From Planctomycetota bacterium (GTDB taxonomy: Bacteria; Planctomycetota; UBA8108; SXIK01), in the NCBI GenBank assembly GCA_965223265.1, contig OZ244999.1, positions 7,296,001 through 7,360,000 on the forward strand: a stretch of DNA of 64,000 bases. Direction: 5' to 3'. A program made the position numbers and the translations under genes. Below the pieces are notes generated by a model that saw only the letters and a list, made by a program, of their open reading frames with translations, made no database searches and was not told where the DNA came from. Shown here piece after piece: positions 9,399 to 19,265 of the stretch. Within the stretch, counting starts at the first letter, position 1, and every line of letters begins with the position of its first letter.

Positions 9399-10554
9399 AC
9401 TTTCCCTCCACACTTCTGAGCCATTTCTGGCGTAACTCCACAAATCCTCGCACACCCATCGTCTTCACGAGTGGCTTCGCCTTCGGGCGCTTCGACAGGG
9501 AAAGCAGCGCTTCTTTGAGTCGCCGCCTCTGCTCAGAGGTCAATCCTCTGCCAGCCGTTTCACCCTGCAGCTGAGCCGCTCGCAAGCCACCTCGCGCGTG
9601 GCGTGCCAACGATTCGCTCCTCGTCGTCTCTTCAGACTGACCTTGATCCTTCTTCTCTTCGATGGCGCTGCATGACTCGGGTCTGAGTCGGCCCTGCAGC
9701 GCCGTCTTCGCTCCGCCACCGGTGCCAGGACCGGTGCCCTGACGCTGATCCTTCCTGAGAGGACGTGCCGGCAGCGAAAAGAAGACGAAAATTGATTCCG
9801 GATAGTATTCCGACTCGAGAAGTTTCTCCACTTTTTTCCCCGGTGAAACCTCCCCAAGCGCGGCGAACTCGCGACCCGTCAGCACCACTGCGTCGACCCT
9901 ACCGCGATGGAGGCGACGCAGCGCGCGCGACACCCTCAGCGTCGGCCGGATCTGCCACGCATCGATCGCCGCCTCTTTTCCCAGCACGACACGTCGCAAA
10001 AACTCGGGCTCGTAAAGTGGACCACCGGCTACCTTCTTGCCGGCAAGGTCTTTGAGGCGCCGAAACGAACCCGCGCGAACGACGGCGACGACGCGATCCC
10101 CTGGCTCCGACTCGAGCTGCGCGTCGAGACCGAACTGACGTCGGTAGCGGAGATAGAATCCAAGGCTGACGAGTCCAAACGCCGGTTTTTTCTCCTCGAT
10201 CACTTTGGCCGCGCTTTCAGGCACGTTGTGGTAGGAACCCTCGAGCGATTCGATACCGCTCTGGGCTGCAAGGTCAGCCGAAAAACGCCGCATGAATCCC
10301 TCAGCTTCGGCGGTCGATCCGGGATATCCCGGTTGCACGATGATCCACCTCACAGCGTCCGCGGCGTTGGCGTGCGAACTGACAAGCGCGACGGTGATCG
10401 CCAGCGCCAGCACCACGGCTCGTAGCCGCGTTCTGCTTCGGTGGCCCAGGCGCTGGCCAAAGCTGGCGCGCGGGCAGAAGGGACCACCTTGCCTCGAACC
10501 CTCGTCAAAGTACCTGATCAAGCAGCTCATGACGTAACCCCTTGATGATCTCAC
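9376..10554 (-). CDS. periplasmic substrate-binding protein, PhnD/BstB-like
   Basis: Signal peptide (RLRAVVLALAITVALVSSHANA); type II PBP motifs VVRAGSFRRLKDLAGKKVA and GRVDAVVL; 4-bp GTGA overlap with the RND gene stop (alternative ATG at 10530). Confidence 0.7.
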   Translation of the reverse strand: MRSSRGYVMSCLIRYFDEGSRQGGPFCPRASFGQRLGHRSRTRLRAVVLALAITVALVSSHANAADAVRWIIVQPGYPGSTAEAEGFMRRFSADLAAQSGIESLEGSYHNVPESAAKVIEEKKPAFGLVSLGFYLRYRRQFGLDAQLESEPGDRVVAVVRAGSFRRLKDLAGKKVAGGPLYEPEFLRRVVLGKEAAIDAWQIRPTLRVSRALRRLHRGRVDAVVLTGREFAALGEVSPGKKVEKLLESEYYPESIFVFFSLPARPLRKDQRQGTGPGTGGGAKTALQGRLRPESCSAIEEKKDQGQSEETTRSESLARHARGGLRAAQLQGETAGRGLTSEQRRRLKEALLSLSKRPKAKPLVKTMGVRGFVELRQKWLRSVEGKYDAFDAK

Positions 10555-13469
10555 ATGGCTGATGCGCTCGACTGCCGTTTCTCGGCGCCTCGCGCTGCGT
10601 TACTCGAAACCCAACCGAGCCGCGACAGCACCTCGACGACCGCGGGAAGCAGAAAGACCGTGGCGCACAAAATCGTCAAGCATCCACACATCATCAACCA
10701 TCCCAGGCTTGCAACTCCACGATGATGAGCCAAGGTCAAGGAACCGAACCCAGCCATCGTGGTGATGAACGAGAGACAGACCGCGGAGGCGGTCGTACGG
10801 CTCATCTCGGCGGTCGAGCCGCATTCGCGATGGCGATGCATCATGTGAACACCACCGTCGACGCCGCAGCCGATCAGAATCGGCAGTGCGAAAAAGTTCG
10901 CAAGATTGAACTCAAGCGACAATGCCGGCATAAGCTGCAAGAGCCAAAAGAGACCGAACCCAACGGGCAGGAGGGCGAGGACCGTGCGCACCACGCTGCG
11001 GAAATCAACAAGGAGAAAACAAGCAACGATTAGCAGCGAGTACACCGCCGCGGTGAGGAACCCCTCACGCATGAGACGGGCCGATTCGAAGACCTGCAGT
11101 GGCGTTCCAGTGACTTCAGGGCTGACCTCGGCAGTAGCGCGGACAAACTCGGCCATGTTGTCGCGCTGCCAGATGTCCTTGCGAGGGTAGGCGTAGAGGA
11201 GGAGACGACCGTGCTCGGAGACGAACCTCTCTCGCACCAGTTCAGGCAAGGTCGCAATCTCGAGAGCCGGCGGACGCAAAAGGCGCGAAAGTTTCCGGCG
11301 CAGCGCCAACATTTCCGCGAACCACGTCTGCTGAAACGACTCGAGGCGATCTTTCACGGCCTGTGCATCTGCGCCGGCGTCTGCGACGACATCAAGCACC
11401 GTTTCGATGGACTCGATCCAATCGCTTAGCTGCGCGATCAGTGTGTGCCGCGCCGGCTCCATCGCTCGCAAGTCGCCATCCGTTGACATCGATCGCGTCG
11501 CTGCTGCGGAGGCACCCGACCGCAGCGCGTTCGGCGTCGGAGACGAGTTCTGCTCGTCGACTCCCGCGGTCCGCGCCAGTTGGCTTACCGCCGTGTCAAG
11601 GCGATCGATGAGTGTTTCAAGTGCCGAAGTGAGCGCGGTGACGTCAACGTCAGCCGCACCTGGTCTCTCCTCAAGCGACTCAACCACCGCCGCCGCCGGA
11701 TCGAGCATAGTTCGTCGCAGCGTCTGATCCGGAGCGATGAAGTCGCGCACGCTCTCCGTCTGTCCGACGATGCCGGCATCCCGGAGCGCCTGCAGCTTGT
11801 TGCGAATCGCATCGAGCTCGGTGAGAGATTGGGCAATGTAGACGGCCTGCCACGTGGAGGCGTCCGACTCCTCGGCAAGTAGCCGCTCGTACTTCACCGA
11901 CTCGAGCTCCTGCGATTGAAGCTCCAAGAGGTTGAAGTTGTACTCGACGCCGCGAAAACGTGTGGCACCGAAGAGGGTAGGGATCAAGAGCAGGAGAATC
12001 ACCGCATAGCGATAGCGTGGCACAAGCTCTAGCCCGGGCATGCGCAGAGGCGTCGGAGGGTGCAGCGTTCGCCGCCGCGCCAGCGCCCGGTCGGAGACGA
12101 CGATCAGCGCCGGCAGCAACGTCAGCGTGGTGAAGAGGCACACCAGCACACCAGCGCCAGCAACGAAACCCAGTTCTCTGAGTCCCTTAAAGTGGACGAG
12201 CATCGCGGTGCCAAACGCCCCTGCCGTCGTCACGCCACCGGTAAAGATGCCGACGCCTGTCGTCTCGAGCGTGTTCGTAATGGCTCGACCGATCTCCGAC
12301 GAGCTGCGCAGTTCGTCTTGATACCGAGCAACCAAGTGGATGCCGAAATCGATTCCGAGCCCTACCAACATGGCGGCAAAGACGATCGATAGGAGTGTGA
12401 GGTAGCCAATCGTCAGCGCAACGACACCGAACGTGATCGCAATGGACGTGACCAAAACGACCGCTGCGAGCAGCGGACGCCGAAGGCGACGGAATGTGAT
12501 AGCGAAAAGGAGCACAACCGTGAGCAGAGCGAGAACCGTGGCGCGCCGCATATCTCGATCGGTCGTCGTCATCTCGTCGGCCTGCAGCACCGGACGCCCG
12601 GTCAGTCCCACCTCTGCACCCGGAAACTGCGCGCGAACACGATCGAGTGCAGCGCGAATTTCTCGGAGGGGCTCCTGGATCACCGCCAAAGTCTCGTAGT
12701 TCTTCTCAGGCATGATCAGCACAAAAGCCAATTCGCCGTTGGTGCTGAACAGATAACCGTTGTCGCGCGGATGCTGGGTCTGTGTCAGCTCTTCCCCGAG
12801 TCTTGCGCTCAAGCTCTTACTCGACACCCCGGCTACAGCAGCTTGCAACGAGTCAAGATAAGCACCCAGGATCCTTCCGCCCCATTCGAGTCGGGCGTCT
12901 CCTGGCACCGAATCGCTACCGCCATCACTCATCAACTCCGAAGCAAGGAATTCTGTGAACCCAGCGAGCGTGGTGAGATGCGCGAAACGCTCGAGGAGGG
13001 GAGCGTCGCGCGTCAGCGTCTCGGCGAGCCCAGCCAGGTGTTGATTGTCGTAGCGCGCTAGCAGAAGGAGCGAGTCGCCGAACGCGTCGGAAGCGACCCG
13101 ATGGTAAACGCGATGGACGTGCTGCGGCAGTTGGCTGAGCTCTGCCGAGATGGCGTCGGCGATGCGAGCCGCACGCGCTGGATCGTCCGCGACTTGGATG
13201 ACGACGTAGAGAAACTCCTGATCGCCGAACTCGTCGACGAAATTCATGTAGCGGCGGTGGTAGTCCAAGTCGGTCGAAACCAGATCGTTCTGATCGGTTC
13301 GAATCTCGAGCTTGAGGATTGCTGCCGTGACTGCACCAGCTGCCACCATCGCGTAGCCAACGATCACGAGCCACGGGTGACGGGCGACCCACCGACCGAC
13401 ACCGCGAAGAGCGCGGGGCGCCCATCTCTGCCGCCGTGCTGCGTCCGGGGTTGTCGGCGGTTGCACCAT
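10551..13469 (-). CDS. hpnN: MMPL/RND transporter, HpnN-like hopanoid transporter
   Basis: Two RND halves with GLGIDFGIH and IGCGVDGGVH TM motifs; VGLTGRPVLQADEM; YNFNLLELQS...ESVKYE; adjacent to shc. ORF open to 13532. Confidence 0.88.
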   Translation of the reverse strand: MVQPPTTPDAARRQRWAPRALRGVGRWVARHPWLVIVGYAMVAAGAVTAAILKLEIRTDQNDLVSTDLDYHRRYMNFVDEFGDQEFLYVVIQVADDPARAARIADAISAELSQLPQHVHRVYHRVASDAFGDSLLLLARYDNQHLAGLAETLTRDAPLLERFAHLTTLAGFTEFLASELMSDGGSDSVPGDARLEWGGRILGAYLDSLQAAVAGVSSKSLSARLGEELTQTQHPRDNGYLFSTNGELAFVLIMPEKNYETLAVIQEPLREIRAALDRVRAQFPGAEVGLTGRPVLQADEMTTTDRDMRRATVLALLTVVLLFAITFRRLRRPLLAAVVLVTSIAITFGVVALTIGYLTLLSIVFAAMLVGLGIDFGIHLVARYQDELRSSSEIGRAITNTLETTGVGIFTGGVTTAGAFGTAMLVHFKGLRELGFVAGAGVLVCLFTTLTLLPALIVVSDRALARRRTLHPPTPLRMPGLELVPRYRYAVILLLLIPTLFGATRFRGVEYNFNLLELQSQELESVKYERLLAEESDASTWQAVYIAQSLTELDAIRNKLQALRDAGIVGQTESVRDFIAPDQTLRRTMLDPAAAVVESLEERPGAADVDVTALTSALETLIDRLDTAVSQLARTAGVDEQNSSPTPNALRSGASAAATRSMSTDGDLRAMEPARHTLIAQLSDWIESIETVLDVVADAGADAQAVKDRLESFQQTWFAEMLALRRKLSRLLRPPALEIATLPELVRERFVSEHGRLLLYAYPRKDIWQRDNMAEFVRATAEVSPEVTGTPLQVFESARLMREGFLTAAVYSLLIVACFLLVDFRSVVRTVLALLPVGFGLFWLLQLMPALSLEFNLANFFALPILIGCGVDGGVHMMHRHRECGSTAEMSRTTASAVCLSFITTMAGFGSLTLAHHRGVASLGWLMMCGCLTILCATVFLLPAVVEVLSRLGWVSSNAARGAEKRQSSASAM

Positions 13470-13820
13470 CTCGATGAGCAGCCTCGTGCGGTTGTCGGAA
13501 TCAGAAAACGGCGTCGAGACGTAGCTGCGCACCGCTCCAGGACAGGCGAGGAACTACGTGGCGCTCGCGCTGCCGGTCACGTATGATACTCCCTTTCGCC
13601 TCTCGTTCAATCGACGCACCACGTGCCAGTCGAAGCGTAGAAAACTCCAGGCACAGCCCGCTCAGAGAGTCATTCGGGCTGCGAAGAGAGTCTTCGAGTC
13701 GAAAACTGTTCGTCGGGGATCGCTCGGAGCGACGCTGCCCAGCGCCGCTCCTTGGCTTTGACCCTACTGGCAGCCCCAATCCCGACGCGCGTTGTCGAGA
13801 CTCAAAACCGGAAGAAACTC

Positions 13821-15044
13821 ATGTCGTTCTCCACCATCGAAACTGCCGTGAACGCCATCAAGAATGGCGACCTTGTCATCGTCGTCGACGCGGAAGATCG
13901 AGAGAACGAAGGCGACTTCATCTGCGCTGCAGAGAAGATCAATGCCGAAAAAGTCAATTTCATGGTTAAGAAGGGAGGCGGTCTACTGTGCGTGACGATG
14001 CTTCCCGATCGCGCGACGGAGCTGGACCTACCCCTCGCGCCCATCACACCGGGACGCTACGCACCGCTGAACCGCACCGCCTTCACCACCACCGTTGACA
14101 AAATCACCTGCAAGACGGGTGTCTCCGCGGCAGAGCGCGCCGAGACGATCGCAGCTATCGTCGACGAGAAAACGCGCCCCGAGGATCTAGCGCGACCAGG
14201 GCACGTGCATCCGATCATCGCACAGGAGGGAGGCGTCCTGCGGCGCGCCGGACACACCGAAGCGTCTGTCGATCTGGCCAAGCTGGCGGACTGTCGCCCG
14301 GTCGGTGTCTTGATCGAGATCCTCGACGACGACGGCAGGATGGCGCGACGCGACCGTCTGCTTGAAGTCGCGGCCGAGCATGATACCCCTATCGTTACGA
14401 TCGCTGATCTTATCCGCTACCGACGTCGGCACGAGAAACTCGTTCACCGCATCGCGAGCGCAGATCTGCCGACGCGCTTCGGCAAGTTTCGCGTCTATGG
14501 GTTCGACGTCGCCCACGACACACAGCAGCCAATCGCTCTGGTCATGGGAGACGTCACGAAAGCCAAAGCGCCGCTGGTGCGCATGCATTCTTCTTGCTTT
14601 ACGGGCGATCTGCTTTCGAGCTTGCGCTGCGAGTGCGGCGATCAACTGCACATCGCGCTCGAGATGATCGCAGCCGAAGGCGCCGGAGTCGTCGTCTATC
14701 TCCCCCAGGAAGGTCGCGGCATCGGCCTGATCGAAAAGATCAAGGCTTACGAGCTGCAGGACGGTGGTCTCGACACCGTCGAGGCGAACGAAGCCCTGGG
14801 CTACCGCGCGGATATGCGCGACTATGGGGTCGGCATCCAGATCCTTAAAGATCTCGGACTCAGCGAGATCCGGCTGCTGACGAACAACCGGAAGAAGACG
14901 GACTCGTTCATCTACTACGGCTATGACTTGACCGTGGTCCGGCAAGAGCCTCTTCTAGCACCACCGCGCCCGGAGAGGCGTAAGTACCTCCAGACCAAAC
15001 GTGACAAACTGGGTCACGATCTGCCAGCCGACGAAGAGGAGTGA
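13821..15044 (+). CDS. ribBA: bifunctional DHBP synthase / GTP cyclohydrolase II
   Basis: DRENEGD, RRAGHTEA, RMHSSCFTGD..SLRCECG, QEGRGIGL, RLLTNN motifs. Confidence 0.96.
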   Translation: MSFSTIETAVNAIKNGDLVIVVDAEDRENEGDFICAAEKINAEKVNFMVKKGGGLLCVTMLPDRATELDLPLAPITPGRYAPLNRTAFTTTVDKITCKTGVSAAERAETIAAIVDEKTRPEDLARPGHVHPIIAQEGGVLRRAGHTEASVDLAKLADCRPVGVLIEILDDDGRMARRDRLLEVAAEHDTPIVTIADLIRYRRRHEKLVHRIASADLPTRFGKFRVYGFDVAHDTQQPIALVMGDVTKAKAPLVRMHSSCFTGDLLSSLRCECGDQLHIALEMIAAEGAGVVVYLPQEGRGIGLIEKIKAYELQDGGLDTVEANEALGYRADMRDYGVGIQILKDLGLSEIRLLTNNRKKTDSFIYYGYDLTVVRQEPLLAPPRPERRKYLQTKRDKLGHDLPADEEE

Positions 15045-15177
15045 CGGCAGCGACGCCGCACGAAACGTGGGGCGGGACAACCCACCGGCGTGAATAAGCG
15101 GGCCCGCTCGACGTCCAACAGAGACCTGCGCGGGCAGGCCACTCCGGGGCTCTGGAGGAGGAGGCAGAACTCAGTCC

Positions 15178-18100
15178 ATGTCGTCAAGAACGAACACGCG
15201 GCGTTACTCGATCATTGGCACGGCAGCACGCGTTGTGGTCGCCCTCACTTTCGTCGCCGCGTCGGTGCTTGCCGGCACCTATTTGGCGCTGCCTCTCCTT
15301 GGCCTTCGCGGCGACCTCAACGCACTCGTGGCAGGAATCGTGCGCTCAGCGTTCAGCGTTCCGGTGAGTATCGGTGCCGTCGTGACCGAACCCCTAAGCC
15401 ACCTATCGATCACACGCCTGCGCACCGTGGCTCTAAACGCGCAGGGCAAAGTCAACTTCGCCACCGACGAAATCTCGTTTCACTACGACCCGTTGGAGTT
15501 GATTGCCGGAAACTTGCAAAAGATCGAAATCCGCGGCCCGACCATGTACTTGAATCTCGACGCTGACTTGAACGGAGTCGCACAGATGCCGACTCTTCCA
15601 GCCGAGGATGGCGTCGGTAGACCACCCCCACCACCCGGGACCCGACTCCTGCCGTTTTCCAGCCAAGAAACGATTCTCCACAGCGGTGACGTCACCCTAC
15701 GAGTGGGCGGTCGTGAGCTGCACCTCGAAAACCTTTCTGTGCATGTTCACAACCTTGGCGCAGCCCACGACCAACGCTTCAGCGTTCGGCTGGCGGCTTT
15801 CGGCGCTGCTCTCAAAGTGGATGGCCGCCTCGACGTCACCACTGGAAGCGACGGAGCGCGCCGTTACACATTCGTCGACACGACCGTTTCAGTTGAGCGT
15901 CTCGCCCTCCGGCGTCTGATCGAATGGCTCGCAAGCGCGGAGGTCGTAGCGGCGGCAACGAGCGAGACGGAGGCAGCGCGGCCGGCAGAGTCCGAGACGC
16001 GTTCCGCATCGCGAACGGCGGCGGACGCCGGGCCGGCTGCGGATGCGGACAATACAGACTCAGAATCAAACTCAGACTCAGAATCGGAATTGGCGTCAGT
16101 CTCGGTGTCGGCTTCGGACTCCACGCTAGGCATCGCTGCGTCCACGCTCTCGGCTCGCCGACGCGCAGCACCGCTCTCGGGCCTCTCCCACCAACTGCTG
16201 GACCTTCTTCAGCAGGCGTCCGGCAGCGTCCAGGTTGAAGGCGCACTCCGAGGCACGTGGCCGGATCGAGTGGAACTCACACTCACGTCTCGTGGCCATG
16301 ACCTCGAAACCCGCTACGCAGACGCGCTCACCGTCTCGGACGGCGCTGCGAACTTGACGCTTGAGTGTGTCGCCCTTGGGGGACTCGATTCGGTTAGGTT
16401 CCGGCTTGAGAGTGGGCTTTCGGGGCAGCTCGAGTCGAGCGCGCTGGTGACACAGCAGCAGGCCCGGCTGTCCGCGAACGGGGACGTCTCTCGCACATCG
16501 TCCGCGGGAGCGGCAGGCTATCGGTTGAACCTCGAAGACTTCGAAGCCGAGTTGATCAGTCACGTCCTGGGCGGCGGGCAGAACGCTCAGAGTGAAGAGA
16601 GACGAACTGAACCGTCACGCACACGCGGACGCCTGTCCCAAGCCACGTTTGATACGACGCAGAGTCGTCTCGCCGTCGCGACTGTCGACATCGCCTCGTC
16701 ACCCGTGCCGGCAGCCCACATTCTGGCGCACCTGCCAGAATCACTGCGACCGCGTCACTGGGGAGTCGAAGTCGGCGACACGCGCGTATCCGTTGATTTC
16801 CAAGCGCGTGACGTTGAACTCGATGAGCTGGGGCTCGCAGGAAAGCTCATGGCGAATCTCGCCTTCGAGCCCACGGACATTCGGTGGGCGCGCCGCGAAA
16901 CAGAGGCGCGGGGCGTCGGTCTCGACGTCGGTGTCGAAATCGTCTCCATGCGCGAGCGCAGCGACCTCAGAGTCGAAACAGTCAACAGCTCTGACGATCC
17001 GGGACACTTGCAGCTGCGAGGCCAAGCCGCGCTTCGTTTCGAGGAAGCGCTTGTTGGCGACGTCTACCTGCCGACGAGCATGCGCCCGTGGCAACTCGAC
17101 GTTCGCAGCACCTACGGAACCGGCGGTGACAGCGCGGCGGCAATCGAGATCGAAAGCGCGCGTCTCGAAGCCGCACCGTTCGGCACCGTTTTCGTGACCG
17201 GGCACGTAATCCCGGCGCCAGCCACGAGGGACGGTGGCGACGCCCGAGAGCCAGCAGTCGCATTGGAAGTGCGCACGGGGAAGCTCGACGTTTCGCGACT
17301 TTTTTCGACTCTCGTCGTCGAACCGCACACCCTGACCTATCCGTGGCTTGCCGAAGCGGAACTCGACGGGCGCGGCGCCGTCGACGCTGAAATCCTCGGT
17401 ACGTTCAAGGCTCTGCGGGCCACCGGCCGCGTCCGACTGGAAAAGTCACACGCCAAGGTCGCGTCACTCGCCGCAACGGGGCTGAACGTCGATCTTCCGT
17501 TCACGATTCGCCCGCTTGCAGAACAGCCGCCGAAGTCGGGCTTCATCAAGGCGAAACTGTTCAACGTCGCAGGCGTTCGCTTGAACGACGTGTCAGTGGA
17601 GCTACGACACCGCGCCGGAGTCTACGACGTTGCACAGCCCGTGACCCTGCCACTCTTCGGCGGCAGGTTGAACCTGTCGCGCCTGACGCTGTTCGGCGGG
17701 CCGGGACGCGACGTGCCGACGTGGCGGGCCGAACTGAGTGCTGAAGATCTTGATCTCGAGGAGATGACACAGTTCGCCGGGTGGCCGACGATCCGCGGCA
17801 CAATGAACGCCGTGGCGCGTCCGCTTCACTTTCGGCAAGGCCATCTCGACTGGAGCGGCCATCTGGAGCTCCGCGCGTTCGGCGGTCGCATCCGCTTTTC
17901 CGATCTGACGCTCGATGATGTACTGCAGCCGTACGCGAGCCTCCAACTTGGCGAGGGTTCGATCGAGAACGTCCGTTTGCGTGAGATGGGCGAGACGTTT
18001 CACTTCGGCATCATGAGCGGGATACTCACCGGAAGAGCGAAGAACTTTCAACTCACCGCGGGCGAGCTGTCGGCGTTCGATCTCAAGCTTCACACAATAC

Positions 18101-18465
18101 CCACGCCAGGAGTCGAACAGTACGTCGACCGACGAGCGGCGGACAGTCTCCGGCGCACACTCAGTGGTCCGCTCGGCGCCGTCGAAGAAGGTCTCTTCTC
18201 GAAGTTCTACTATCAAGATTTTGGATTCTCCGCCAGCCTGCGCGATGGTGCGCTCTATCTCCAGGGCGACCATCGCGAAGGCGATACGGAGTACATCATG
18301 TTAGGACGCTGGTACCAGGTTCCCAGCATCAGTATCATCAACAGCAAGCCAGGGCGCCCCTACGACTGGGAAGCGATCGTCGCGAATGTTCGTTCGATCT
18401 ATGAACGCAAGCAAGAGTCGTCCTCGAAGACCCGACGCTCGGCACCAGACGCACCAACGAAATGA
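15178..18465 (+). CDS. AsmA-like/YdbH-type intermembrane bridge protein
   Basis: N-terminal TM anchor, long beta-rich body, C-terminal LFGGRL...DLDLEEMT...AFGGRI repeats; directly upstream of a YnbE/YdbL-like gene. Confidence 0.7.
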   Translation: MSSRTNTRRYSIIGTAARVVVALTFVAASVLAGTYLALPLLGLRGDLNALVAGIVRSAFSVPVSIGAVVTEPLSHLSITRLRTVALNAQGKVNFATDEISFHYDPLELIAGNLQKIEIRGPTMYLNLDADLNGVAQMPTLPAEDGVGRPPPPPGTRLLPFSSQETILHSGDVTLRVGGRELHLENLSVHVHNLGAAHDQRFSVRLAAFGAALKVDGRLDVTTGSDGARRYTFVDTTVSVERLALRRLIEWLASAEVVAAATSETEAARPAESETRSASRTAADAGPAADADNTDSESNSDSESELASVSVSASDSTLGIAASTLSARRRAAPLSGLSHQLLDLLQQASGSVQVEGALRGTWPDRVELTLTSRGHDLETRYADALTVSDGAANLTLECVALGGLDSVRFRLESGLSGQLESSALVTQQQARLSANGDVSRTSSAGAAGYRLNLEDFEAELISHVLGGGQNAQSEERRTEPSRTRGRLSQATFDTTQSRLAVATVDIASSPVPAAHILAHLPESLRPRHWGVEVGDTRVSVDFQARDVELDELGLAGKLMANLAFEPTDIRWARRETEARGVGLDVGVEIVSMRERSDLRVETVNSSDDPGHLQLRGQAALRFEEALVGDVYLPTSMRPWQLDVRSTYGTGGDSAAAIEIESARLEAAPFGTVFVTGHVIPAPATRDGGDAREPAVALEVRTGKLDVSRLFSTLVVEPHTLTYPWLAEAELDGRGAVDAEILGTFKALRATGRVRLEKSHAKVASLAATGLNVDLPFTIRPLAEQPPKSGFIKAKLFNVAGVRLNDVSVELRHRAGVYDVAQPVTLPLFGGRLNLSRLTLFGGPGRDVPTWRAELSAEDLDLEEMTQFAGWPTIRGTMNAVARPLHFRQGHLDWSGHLELRAFGGRIRFSDLTLDDVLQPYASLQLGEGSIENVRLREMGETFHFGIMSGILTGRAKNFQLTAGELSAFDLKLHTIPTPGVEQYVDRRAADSLRRTLSGPLGAVEEGLFSKFYYQDFGFSASLRDGALYLQGDHREGDTEYIMLGRWYQVPSISIINSKPGRPYDWEAIVANVRSIYERKQESSSKTRRSAPDAPTK

Positions 18466-18503
18466 CGCCATGCGCTTGAGCGAGCTTTCAGGAAGGAGGC
18501 GTG

Positions 18504-19265
18504 ATGAGATCCCATGCTCTGTTCAAGTTCTGCGTTCACCCTTCGGAATCACCTAGGTCGACCATCTCCGCGGGGTCTCTGAGTGTGTGCGCACTCTTGG
18601 TCGGCTGCAGCATCAACATCCATATCCACTTCCCAGAGAAAGAGCTCGAAGACGCTGCCGACCAGATCGTCGAAGAAGTGCGTCCGACCATCGCGGTGAA
18701 CGACGTCGATTCCGAATCGAGAGAATTCGAACCACCGATTCTCGATCAACCGGTCGCACCAGAAGAGAGCGAAGAAGAGGTCAGAGTCGCTCCGGACCAA
18801 GAGCGCAGCGTGTGGGTCAGCTGGATTCTGGGTCGAAGGGCGCACGCTCAAGCGGCGACTGAGAAGATCAAAATCAACATCTCGTCGCCGAAGATCACGA
18901 AGATTAAGTTGTCGCTGAGAAAGCGCTTCCCGAAGCTAGTGCCGCACTACAAAAGCGGCAAGATCGGCGAAGGGTTTGACGGCTTCGTCGCGCTACGCGC
19001 AAAGAAACTCGGCCTCAAAGAGAAACGCGACCTCACCAAACTTCTCGCTGCAGAGAACATCGATCGGCGGAACCTCTACACGGCGATCGCGGTAGAGAAC
19101 GAAATCGATAAAAAGGACATTGGCAAAGTCGGCGAAGTCTTTAGCCGGTCGTGGCAAAAGAAGTGTCTGCCGGGATGGTGGATCGAACCAGTGAAAGGCA
19201 AGTGGGAGAAGAAGAAGAAAAAGAAAAAGAAGGACTCGAGCGTTCGCGCGGAGACTCAAGCCTGA
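18504..19265 (+). CDS. YnbE-like lipoprotein fused to a YdbL/DUF1318 domain
   Basis: Lipobox LLVGC followed by SINIHIHFP; DUF1318-like KIGEGFDGFV, AENIDRRNLYTAIA, PGWWIE..GKW; poly-Lys tail. Confidence 0.8.
   Translation: MRSHALFKFCVHPSESPRSTISAGSLSVCALLVGCSINIHIHFPEKELEDAADQIVEEVRPTIAVNDVDSESREFEPPILDQPVAPEESEEEVRVAPDQERSVWVSWILGRRAHAQAATEKIKINISSPKITKIKLSLRKRFPKLVPHYKSGKIGEGFDGFVALRAKKLGLKEKRDLTKLLAAENIDRRNLYTAIAVENEIDKKDIGKVGEVFSRSWQKKCLPGWWIEPVKGKWEKKKKKKKKDSSVRAETQA

Noticed and set aside
13540-13820. FMN riboswitch upstream of ribBA
   Set aside because: No AGGGC.GGGTGAAATTCCC.ACCGG-type consensus; only weak family A-like fragments at about 13654-13715.
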